Shown: one piece after another, positions 48,269 to 56,588 of the stretch
Numbering within the stretch: position 1 is the first letter of the stretch
Layout of the letters: each line of letters opens with the position of its first letter
Origin: Candidatus Bathyarchaeota archaeon
GTDB taxonomy: Archaea; Thermoproteota; Bathyarchaeia; Bathyarchaeales; Bathycorpusculaceae
Reading direction: 5' to 3'
Assembly: GCA_963811105.1 (NCBI GenBank)
Contig: CAWEPZ010000011.1
Coordinates: 160,001 to 224,000 of the forward strand
DNA: 64,000 bases
The notes under the pieces: model-generated
The model's database searches: none
What the model was told of the DNA's origin: nothing
The model's input: only the letters and a program-made list of their open reading frames with translations
Translations under genes and position numbers: made by a program

Positions 48269-48847
48269 TTAGTCAATTCGTTTGAGGACCACTGCTGGAT
48301 GCTTCGGAGGCGCCTTCGGAAAACCGCCCTTAGGATAGCCAAAGATGATTGCGGCATGGACATCATAATCCTCAGGTACGCCCAGACCGCTTTTAATGTT
48401 AGGCTCATTAGCAGTAGGAACGGCGGTGCCTATCCAACAACTTCCTATGCCAAGTGTATAGGCGGCAAGCATCATGTTTTGCGCTGCCATAGAACAGTCA
48501 TAAACCGCGTAGACAGATTTAACTCCAGAAACAAAAACCAGCAGAGGCGCATTGTAGAAAATATTGTATTTTGGATCAGATAACCGTTTTTTTAAGCCCA
48601 CTAAACCTTCGTCGCCTACGTCAGGCAACATTCGAATTAATGCGGTTTTCGCCAAGTCGGACAGGCGTTTCATTTCTGCTTTGTTTGTGACAATTGTGAA
48701 TTTCCATGGTTGAACATTAATTGCGGAAGGCGCGTAAGTTGCAGCTTCAAGCATAGTTTCGAGCGCTGAATCAGGTACAGCTTTATCTTCATAACTGCGA
48801 ATTGCTCGCCTAGATCTTAATGTTTCAATAACAGGATCCTTACTCAT
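48269..48847 (-). CDS. Nitroreductase family protein
   Basis: RRAIRSY, APSAINVQPW, AAQNMMLAA..LGIGSCW. Confidence 0.92.
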   Translation of the reverse strand: MSKDPVIETLRSRRAIRSYEDKAVPDSALETMLEAATYAPSAINVQPWKFTIVTNKAEMKRLSDLAKTALIRMLPDVGDEGLVGLKKRLSDPKYNIFYNAPLLVFVSGVKSVYAVYDCSMAAQNMMLAAYTLGIGSCWIGTAVPTANEPNIKSGLGVPEDYDVHAAIIFGYPKGGFPKAPPKHPAVVLKRID

Positions 48848-48971
48848 AAAATTCGCCGCTTATAGGAAATCAATGAGATTTATAAAAACAATTCTCTAAG
48901 CTAACACCTACTTTGCCCAAAAATAGTCCAAAAAAAGATAGCCCCCTTTTCTAAACTTATTAAAATCGAAA

Positions 48972-49382
48972 TTACATGGCTTTGTCTCGAAGGGTGTTAA
49001 AATAAGAGGGCAAGCTTTCAATGCAGGCAATATTTCTGCCAACCAAAGCTTGCAAATCACTCCAAAATCGCATATCCACTTTGACTTTTGCCCTCTCCAA
49101 GTTACTCTTTAGACGCATTGTGCCTTCTTTGCCCCTTCGGTCAAAATCTAGAAGAAGAATAACATCGGACGCACCAAGTTTTTCTATTTCCGCCCCTGCT
49201 TGCAGAAAAGATTTGCCGCCAGTTTTCACAGTTATAACCCTGCCCATGATACCTAACTCTCGGAGGGCTAATTCGTCTTTTTTGCCCTCGACAATCACAA
49301 GTTTACCCTTCACTGACTCCTCTGTCAACTTGGCAATGATTTGTAGGATTTTTTCCTCTTTGTCTCTAAGCCTGGTTGACAA
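48972..49382 (-). CDS. Small TOPRIM-domain protein
   Basis: IVEGKKD and LLDFDRRG. Confidence 0.88.
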   Translation of the reverse strand: MSTRLRDKEEKILQIIAKLTEESVKGKLVIVEGKKDELALRELGIMGRVITVKTGGKSFLQAGAEIEKLGASDVILLLDFDRRGKEGTMRLKSNLERAKVKVDMRFWSDLQALVGRNIACIESLPSYFNTLRDKAM

Positions 49383-49387
49383 AACCG

Positions 49388-50476
49388 CTACCTTGTAATC
49401 TTAGCCTGCCGCACCGTCTCTAAACAAGCCTTAGCCTCACCATTATTAGCAAAGTACAGCCTAACAGGTTCCAATATAGCTGCAAGCTCAATTGCCACCC
49501 CATTTTTTAAGTCCATAGGATGTAGCTTACCATTGCAATATGCAGTTTCGAGTTCTTGGAAGCTTTGGTATTCGATGTTTGCGCCGAATTTTGCAGGGCG
49601 TTCAATCTTGAAACAGGGCTTTTCACGGAATATGATGTATTTGCAGATGTCGAGCACTGGGTTGAATCTGACGATTCGCTCCGGACAGAAAGCTCTGCAC
49701 ATCTTCTGTTTAATTTCCTCCGGTGAATCATAGATGAAAATGCAGGTTTGAGGTTTGCTCTTTGACATTTTTGCTGAGGCAACTGCTTCTTTCTCTTGAC
49801 CCTCAGGAATAGGCCAAATTGCAGGCTTCTCTAACCCCTGCAGTAAATGGTGATGCGCGCAGACGGGTTTCCAGCAACCGATTTTTTCGCCTACCTCCCT
49901 CGCAACCATGTTTGCTTTGCGTTGGTCCATGCCCAACTGACAAATTTTGACTTTCATCTCAAAAATGTCAGCAACTTGCATTGGCGTGTAGAGGTAATCT
50001 GAAACGTAATGAGCTTCGCCTTCTTTTCTCCCCGCGATTTCGAGGGTTCTTGTAGTTCTGGCTAAAGTTAGGTTTTTGGAAATTATAACCGTTTTAGCCC
50101 AATAATCGATATCTTTGTAGAGCTCGTCTGAGTAAATGAATTCAACCTTGTCTTCAGGTACGCCTAGAGCAAGCCATGAATGTCGGAAAAGGTCAGCGGC
50201 TTTGCGTATGAGAGTTAAGTCGCCGCCTAGCTTGTTGTTCAACCATGCGTGCCACGTAGCTAAAAACGCTTTGAAATGCACGCCTGCCTCGGCGAAATCT
50301 TTCATTTTGTAAGCGCAGATAACGCCTGTTCCCAAATGTGCTAAACCAGATGGCTCCCAGCCGTTGTAGGCGATGGGATGGTCTTCCGCTTCAAAAAGTT
50401 GGCGTAGGTCATCGGGTGTGATAACTTCCTCAGTTGGCGGTCTGCAGATTAGCTCAATTTTCTTCTCTATGTCCAA
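49388..50476 (-). CDS. tyrS: Tyrosyl-tRNA synthetase (archaeal)
   Basis: YNGWEPSG..HLG, YTPMQVAD, GMDQRK, KMSKS, LHPMDLK. Confidence 0.96.
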   Translation of the reverse strand: MDIEKKIELICRPPTEEVITPDDLRQLFEAEDHPIAYNGWEPSGLAHLGTGVICAYKMKDFAEAGVHFKAFLATWHAWLNNKLGGDLTLIRKAADLFRHSWLALGVPEDKVEFIYSDELYKDIDYWAKTVIISKNLTLARTTRTLEIAGRKEGEAHYVSDYLYTPMQVADIFEMKVKICQLGMDQRKANMVAREVGEKIGCWKPVCAHHHLLQGLEKPAIWPIPEGQEKEAVASAKMSKSKPQTCIFIYDSPEEIKQKMCRAFCPERIVRFNPVLDICKYIIFREKPCFKIERPAKFGANIEYQSFQELETAYCNGKLHPMDLKNGVAIELAAILEPVRLYFANNGEAKACLETVRQAKITR

Positions 50477-50523
50477 GTGCTCTCATCTTCCTGTGCTTCC
50501 TAGCTTTAATGTGGTTGTTGAAC

Positions 50524-50805
50524 TTAAAAATCTAGTTTGAGTTTCTTGATTTCATAAGGCTTAGGTTTTAATTTTTTGGTCAAACGTATCATGTATTTTT
50601 TCTCATCTATTTTTTTTATACGACTGTCAATCAGCCCCTGTTTTACCGCTTCGGTTATGACCTGGTTGAAAGAAACGGGTTGAATGTTTGCGGTTTTCTT
50701 ATTGGTGATGATTATCCAGATTTCATGGTACTTGTTATTATTTTCTTTGAGAAACTGGGCAAGATCTGGGAGACTTTCTGGTTCAAAAGTTACTGGTTCA
50801 ACCAT
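50524..50805 (-). CDS. YdeI/OmpD-associated family N-terminal domain only
   Basis: FLKENN...EIWIII..K......VSF...ITEAVKQGLIDS..KKIDE...IRLT; lacks the usual C-terminal domain. Confidence 0.6.
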   Translation of the reverse strand: MVEPVTFEPESLPDLAQFLKENNNKYHEIWIIITNKKTANIQPVSFNQVITEAVKQGLIDSRIKKIDEKKYMIRLTKKLKPKPYEIKKLKLDF

Positions 50806-50825
50806 AATATTGCACTTACCTTTTT

Positions 50826-51040
50826 TGCGGGCTGTTGTCTCCCAAGTAACCTAACACTTGACCGCATAGCTGAGCGTTGCTTTTAGCTTGGCCAAGTTCT
50901 CTCGGCTTGGGATTTTATTTCGCCCGTGCCTCACCTGTTCCATAATTGGGTAGAACCCTATCGTCATAGGTGCAAGATTTGTGTTTCTTGCGTTCCCTCT
51001 GTTGAGTCCGTCGTTATGGGTGCTCGATTTTGGTGAGGCA
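50826..51040 (-). ncRNA. Candidate ~215-nt two-domain structured ncRNA or leader
   Basis: Many nested stems, including a perfect 9-bp TGCCTCACC/GGTGAGGCA, 7-bp TCCCAAG/CTTGGGA and 5-bp CGGGC/GCCCG. A TTTAAC box lies ~24 nt upstream on the minus strand. Confidence 0.55.
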
Positions 51041-51151
51041 ATAAAAATAGGTGTGGAGTGTTGGTTAAATGTTGCTGTATAATTACTTTCGTTCTTCGGA
51101 GATTCTAAGTTGAGATTTTGAAACAAAAAAAGGAATGGGTTGTTTATTGGG

Positions 51152-51868
51152 TTATTTGAAGAATTTCCAAACTATAGCTGCTATGATTCCGCCGATTATT
51201 GGTGCAACCCAAAAGACCCAAAGTTGACTCAGCGCTGTTCCTTGTACGAAGAGTGCTGGTCCTAGGCTTCTCGCAGGGTTGACTGATGTGCCGTCGATAG
51301 GTATTGCTACAAGGTGAACTAGTACGATGGTTAAGCCGATCGCTATTCCAGCGAATCCTTTAGGTACCCTTTCATGAGTTGAACCGTGAACGACAAGTAC
51401 GAATATGAAGGTCAAAACGATTTCAGCTATAAGCACAGATATTAAAGAATAACTGCTGTAACTGTTTGCGCCTAATCCAATGGCAGATAAGCTATAATTT
51501 GAGTTCCCACTTACTATTGCGTAAAGTATGCCTGCACCTATTACTGCACCGAGACACTGGAAAACAATGTAGAAAACGGTGTCCTTAACACTTATTTTTC
51601 CTGCGATAAGCATTGAGATTGAAACCGCGGGATTTATGTGACATCCGGAGACGCTGCCTATGGCGTAAACCATTGCTAGCACTGCAAGACCGAAAGCAAA
51701 AGCAATCCCAATATATTGACCTGCAATAACTGCGCTTCCGCAACCCATTAGCACTAGAACCATGGTACCAATCAGTTCGGCTGCATATTTTTTAATCGAC
51801 ATGATTTGAGGTGTGGCTGGAGGAGGTTGTGCTACTTCTGTAAGCTTCTTTTCTACTTCTTCACTCAT
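51152..51868 (-). CDS. aqpZ: Aquaporin (MIP family)
   Basis: SGCHINPAV and GTSVNPARS. Confidence 0.95.
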   Translation of the reverse strand: MSEEVEKKLTEVAQPPPATPQIMSIKKYAAELIGTMVLVLMGCGSAVIAGQYIGIAFAFGLAVLAMVYAIGSVSGCHINPAVSISMLIAGKISVKDTVFYIVFQCLGAVIGAGILYAIVSGNSNYSLSAIGLGANSYSSYSLISVLIAEIVLTFIFVLVVHGSTHERVPKGFAGIAIGLTIVLVHLVAIPIDGTSVNPARSLGPALFVQGTALSQLWVFWVAPIIGGIIAAIVWKFFK

Positions 51869-51951
51869 TTTTATTTCCCCTAAACGGTCAAGGTTCTACC
51901 TTTCAGCTTATAATATTTTCCATCAACAAAGCGCTAACTATGAAAAAGCAC

Positions 51952-53268
51952 TTATAATTTATCGCTTGCTGAAATATCCATCATCATAAGTCCAGAAACC
52001 ATTTTGGGGTAGAAATCCGTACTTTTCTCAGGCAAGAGTTCATGCTGCTGTGCAATTTCCACAACTGTTCTCGCGTTAACCGGATTAACAAGAAAAGCAA
52101 TGCTGGCTTCGCCGCGATTAACTTTATCAACTGCTTCTTTTGTCCAGCGGGCGTAAAGGATTGTATCATCAAGGTTTAGTTCGCCTGTTTTTAAGACAAA
52201 TTTGAAGACGATATCGCGTAGAATTACCACATCGAAGGTTTTTGTTTCTTTTGACACGTTCTCATTTATGAAGTCGAAGACTACTTTGTCATGTTTAAGA
52301 GTTAAACCGTAAGCTTTCGAGCCATCATAAACGCAGAATGCATGCTGGTTGACGCGGCTTTTTAGGTAGTTTTCTAAAGCCTCTGCGGTCTTATTTTTTA
52401 TTTCTGTTAAATCAAAGAAGCGTCTGAGCTCTTGCACAACTTCAGGTGTGAGTTTGAATCCTTTCAACAGCCTATGCGTGGGCAAAACCACTAAACCTTC
52501 CTCTTCAACAGGCACCATGTAGCTCATGTGAAAATTAAACGCTGAACCCTCTGTCCAGTCGCCTTGATTGCGCATTTCATTTCGATACTCCAAGGCGCTC
52601 TCGTAACGGTGATGTCCGTCCGTAATCACCATGCTTTTGTCTGCAAATTCAGCTTGAAGTTGCCGAATTTTCTCTGGGTCAACAACCCGCCACACTGTAT
52701 GGGTAACGTTTAGTGAATCTGTAACTTGTAGTGACGGCTTTGCCTTAGCTGCATCCTGCAGAAAAGCAATGGTTTTGCGTTCTGAATCGGAGTAAATTAA
52801 GAATACAGGCTCAAGGTCTTTTTGGACTGCGCGCAACATGTTGAGGCGGTCTGCTTTGGGTGCTTTGTAGGTGCCTTCATGGGGAAACACCATGTTTTCG
52901 TCATAATTGTAGAGGCGCAGGGCAGCAATTACGCCCGTGCGCTCGTGTTTTTTGCCTTCCAATATGAATTCTTGGCGTGAAATAAAAATCGCTGGCTCCG
53001 TATCCTTTAGCATTATGCCTTCTTCTAGCCATTGCTTGATACGTTGCTTTGCCATTTCATACTTGTTTGTCTCAATGGGCAAGATTAGTCTGCAGTAGTT
53101 GTAGGGTGATTTATGGTAGTATTCCTTCTGCAATTCAGAATCTATTTTGTCATATGGCTGCGTTATGAGCTTTTCAGGGTCGCCAGCTTTCTTAGTGTAA
53201 CGTATGGCTTTGAAGGGTCTAATGTCAACCAAATGTTTCAGCTCACACAACTTTTTCCAACGCAGCAA
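51952..53268 (-). CDS. DUF1015 family protein
   Basis: PFKAIRY, PYD.I, PHE.T, DGHHRYE, PTHR, KSTDFYPK. Confidence 0.9.
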   Translation of the reverse strand: MLRWKKLCELKHLVDIRPFKAIRYTKKAGDPEKLITQPYDKIDSELQKEYYHKSPYNYCRLILPIETNKYEMAKQRIKQWLEEGIMLKDTEPAIFISRQEFILEGKKHERTGVIAALRLYNYDENMVFPHEGTYKAPKADRLNMLRAVQKDLEPVFLIYSDSERKTIAFLQDAAKAKPSLQVTDSLNVTHTVWRVVDPEKIRQLQAEFADKSMVITDGHHRYESALEYRNEMRNQGDWTEGSAFNFHMSYMVPVEEEGLVVLPTHRLLKGFKLTPEVVQELRRFFDLTEIKNKTAEALENYLKSRVNQHAFCVYDGSKAYGLTLKHDKVVFDFINENVSKETKTFDVVILRDIVFKFVLKTGELNLDDTILYARWTKEAVDKVNRGEASIAFLVNPVNARTVVEIAQQHELLPEKSTDFYPKMVSGLMMMDISASDKL

Positions 53269-54154
53269 TAACTGCCTTTGCTACTTGAACACTGGCTTTT
53301 AGTTGAGCCTCGTACGTTTGAGCTCCCATATGGGGTGTCGCGATCACGTTGTTTAGCTTAAGTAATTTGCTATCGTTGGGCGGCTCCTCCTCAAAAACAT
53401 CTAACGCGGCACCCTTCACTTTCCCAACTGTTAGGGCATTATAGAGGGCTTCTTGATCCACTACTCCGCCGCGGGAGCAATCAACCAGCATGACACCATC
53501 TTTCATTAGGTTGAATTGTTTTGTTGAAATCAAATGGTAAGTGTGTGGCGTCAGGGGTACGTGTATGGTGATGTAGTCTGCTTGCGGAAGCATCTCATCC
53601 AGAGGTACAAAGCGGTCAAAAACGCATTCTTCAACAGGCAATACCTTCATGCCCAATGATATGGCTAGGCGCTCAACTGTTTTGCCTATGTAGCCGCAGC
53701 CGATTATGCCTAGGGTTTTGCCGTTGACTTCTGTGCCGATTAAGTCTTCCTTTTCCCATTTTCCTTCCCGCATGCTTATGGTCCCTTGTACGATGTTTCT
53801 TGAAAGCGCCAGCAGGTAGCCTATTGTTAATTCTGCAACGCTCATGTAGGAGACATGCGGAGTGTTAATGAGGGTGATGCCAAGGCGTCTAGCTTTTTCG
53901 AAGTCAATATTATCTAAACCCTCACCTGCTCGCCCTATAACTTTGAGCTTTTTGGCGTTATCTAAGAGTGCCCCTTTGACTTTGGTGGCTGACCGCACAA
54001 TCAAAACGTCGTAGTCGCCGATGATTTTGGGAAGCTCCGCTTTTGGCTTATCCCAAGCTTCAGTGACATGGTAGCCTTTCTTCTCAAGAATTTTTATGCC
54101 TTCATCGAATATTTTGTCACTTATGAGGATTTTGTAGGTCACTTTAATCCCCAA
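53243..54154 (-). CDS. serA: D-3-phosphoglycerate dehydrogenase-like D-2-hydroxyacid dehydrogenase (no ACT domain)
   Basis: VRSATKV, RAGEGLDNID, GCGYIG, DVFEEEP, TPHMGAQT. Confidence 0.85.
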   Translation of the reverse strand: MGIKVTYKILISDKIFDEGIKILEKKGYHVTEAWDKPKAELPKIIGDYDVLIVRSATKVKGALLDNAKKLKVIGRAGEGLDNIDFEKARRLGITLINTPHVSYMSVAELTIGYLLALSRNIVQGTISMREGKWEKEDLIGTEVNGKTLGIIGCGYIGKTVERLAISLGMKVLPVEECVFDRFVPLDEMLPQADYITIHVPLTPHTYHLISTKQFNLMKDGVMLVDCSRGGVVDQEALYNALTVGKVKGAALDVFEEEPPNDSKLLKLNNVIATPHMGAQTYEAQLKASVQVAKAVIAALEKVV

Positions 54155-55233
54155 ATATCATCAATTAATTGTGTAACTGTCTTGATTCCTGAAACATTCC
54201 ATTCGCCCATATGTCCAATGCGGAAGGTTTTCTCAGCTATTTTACCATAACCGCCCGAAATTAAGTAGCCTTTTTCGCCCAATTTCTGATTTAGTTCTTT
54301 GACGTTTTTGCCTAACGTGTTTTGTATGCAGCTCACTGTTATTGACTCATAACCTGGTTCTGAGAACATTGCGAAATGCTTCTTTGCCCACTGCTGAGTA
54401 TACTCTGCCATATCTAAATGCCGTCTGTAGACGCCGTCATAGGTTTCCTCTAGCAGAAGATCAATGCGTTTGTTTAGGGCATATAGTAGCGGTATGCATG
54501 GTGTAAAGGGTGTTTGGTGCTTCTTTTCGAATTCGAAGATTTCAACCATGTCAGTGTACCCGCCTCTGTTAGGCACCTGTTTAGCCCTCTCAATTGCTCG
54601 CTCATTAACAAGTGCAATAGCTAAGCCTGGTGGCAGCGCGAAGCATTTTTGGGTTGAGCCGAAAATTATGTCGCAGTCAATTTCTGATGGGATAAGCTTG
54701 TCGCCTCCTAATGAGGAAACAGCATCAACGCAAAAAATAACTTCTGGGTGTTTTTTTTTGACTAATTTGCCGATTTCTGCCACTGGACTTCGCACGCCAG
54801 TGGAGGTTTCGTTTTGGCAAACCAGCAAAGTGTCGTATTCGTCATTGTCTAGTTTTTCAGCAACTATCTCTGGTTTAACAGCTTTACTCCATTCAAAGTT
54901 TAAAACATCTGTTTCCTTGCCGCATGCTTTTATGGTGTCAGCTGCTCTCTGTGCAAAAGCGCCGTTGACGCATGCTAAAGCCTTCTGTTTAACAACGCTG
55001 CGGCCAATAATGTCAAACCATAATGTACCCGAACTGGTGGTTATAGCGGGTTTAGTGTCGGCTTGCAACTCGAAATACATCGTGAGTTTATCGGTTATTC
55101 CACCATAGAGTTCAGAGAATTCCTTTTCTCTGTGACCTATCAATGGGTGGGTTTGCTCGTTGAGCATCTCTTGGCTGACTTCGGTTGGGCCAGGAATCAA
55201 GAGTTTCTTGTGCATACCTAAACCTTCCAGCAA
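54139..55233 (-). CDS. Class V PLP aminotransferase (archaeal phosphoserine/serine-pyruvate aminotransferase-like)
   Basis: LIPGPTE, NETSTG, VDAVSS, STQKC (PLP Lys), FRIGHMG; lies upstream of serA. Confidence 0.9.
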   Translation of the reverse strand: MLEGLGMHKKLLIPGPTEVSQEMLNEQTHPLIGHREKEFSELYGGITDKLTMYFELQADTKPAITTSSGTLWFDIIGRSVVKQKALACVNGAFAQRAADTIKACGKETDVLNFEWSKAVKPEIVAEKLDNDEYDTLLVCQNETSTGVRSPVAEIGKLVKKKHPEVIFCVDAVSSLGGDKLIPSEIDCDIIFGSTQKCFALPPGLAIALVNERAIERAKQVPNRGGYTDMVEIFEFEKKHQTPFTPCIPLLYALNKRIDLLLEETYDGVYRRHLDMAEYTQQWAKKHFAMFSEPGYESITVSCIQNTLGKNVKELNQKLGEKGYLISGGYGKIAEKTFRIGHMGEWNVSGIKTVTQLIDDIWGLK

Positions 55234-55507
55234 GAAGGTTAAACAATTAAAATATAAGGGTTATGCGCAAAAAAAAGTGTCTTTTTGTCTTCTACAGGGA
55301 AAAAATCTTTTACTAGGCGGGCAGACATGTCAATGCCATTTGTCTTGATGAAGGCTTATCTTGAGGAAGTAAAAAATCTCGAAAAAAAGTTAATTGACTT
55401 TATGAAAAAGTTGAAATTTTCACTATTTTATTTTCAATTATCCATTTTTGGAATATATCAAGAATCGTAATCTACTTTTTTAAATATTCACAGCAGCTCA
55501 CTATTCA

Positions 55508-55876
55508 ATGGAGAAAGAAGAAGGCTTTCATTTGATTAAGACAGAGGTCATTCTAAGTTTTCTGCTTGTGCTTATGGGAACAATAGACTGCTTTACTACA
55601 GTTCTAGGCGTATTATACTCGGGCGCTTCCGAGTTAAACCCATTCATGGCACGCATAGTTAGCACAAACATTGGAGCTTTTCTAGCAGTCAAAATCTTGG
55701 CGACAGCACTCATAGCATTAACTTATGTTATTGCAAATAAGACGTTAATGAAAACCCAAAACAAAACTACCGAATCTTTCAAGATCTCCTACAAATTACT
55801 TAAAGTTGGCTACGGCGGCATCATCGCATTTCTTAGTATAGTTGTAGCAAACAATCTGATTATTTTGTTAACATAA
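55508..55876 (+). CDS. Small membrane protein (DUF5658-like)
   Basis: D..TT..G.....ELNPFM, K, VVANN pattern. Confidence 0.7.
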   Translation: MEKEEGFHLIKTEVILSFLLVLMGTIDCFTTVLGVLYSGASELNPFMARIVSTNIGAFLAVKILATALIALTYVIANKTLMKTQNKTTESFKISYKLLKVGYGGIIAFLSIVVANNLIILLT

Positions 55877-56042
55877 GAATCAAAAATCTGCATGTTTGTT
55901 ACTAATTCAATATCCTGATGCGCTATCTTCGCTTAGCAATGATAATAAAATATTTAAGCTCCTTACAACTAGATTGACACATGGAGAATTAAGAAACGCT
56001 TAACTGTTCCAACCCATAATACAATCAGGTCGAGAGAGGAAA

Positions 56043-56588
56043 ATGAAATTCGCTTTATTCCGCAAACCCAAAAAGCAACCCGAACCCGAAAAATCAGCTG
56101 AGTCTAAAGAAGGGCCAAAAGCAGACACCGCAGTTGCCCCTGAAGAATCAAAAATGGAAACAACCGCAACCCAACAAGAACCGACCTCAGCAGCAGAAAC
56201 TCAACCAAAGCCTGAACCAGCAATAGTGACAACACAAGAAACCGCTATGCCACCAGTAAAGCAGAAACTAGAAGCAGTTGAGTCAACAAGCAAAACTTAC
56301 CTCAAAGCGATGCCTCTTAAAGAATTAACCGATATAGAAAATGTTAAAAACGAAGTTAGAAACGGTAACATCATTATTTTGCGAGTTACTCCTCTTGCAA
56401 CCAAAAACATAGAGGAAGTAAAAAACGCGGTGAACCAACTCTATGAATTTGCTGAATCAAGTGGCGGAGACATTGCACGTTTAGGTGAAGAGCGAGTCGT
56501 TATCTGTCCGAAAAATATTAGGATTTGGAGAGAGAAGACGATAGCTCAAAATGATTCTTTACCTACAACTGCGCCTACAGCAGCCTAA
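56043..56588 (+). CDS. sepF: Cell division protein SepF
   Basis: N-terminal amphipathic MKFALFRK, P/E/T-rich linker, core GNIIIL...GGDIARLGE..VVICP. Confidence 0.85.
   Translation: MKFALFRKPKKQPEPEKSAESKEGPKADTAVAPEESKMETTATQQEPTSAAETQPKPEPAIVTTQETAMPPVKQKLEAVESTSKTYLKAMPLKELTDIENVKNEVRNGNIIILRVTPLATKNIEEVKNAVNQLYEFAESSGGDIARLGEERVVICPKNIRIWREKTIAQNDSLPTTAPTAA

Noticed and set aside
50851-51126. 91-aa ORF, and an RNase P or SRP RNA identity for the structured element
   Set aside because: The ORF has no motifs and coincides with the RNA stems. The RNase P CR-I/CR-V and SRP helix-8 signature sequences are not visible.
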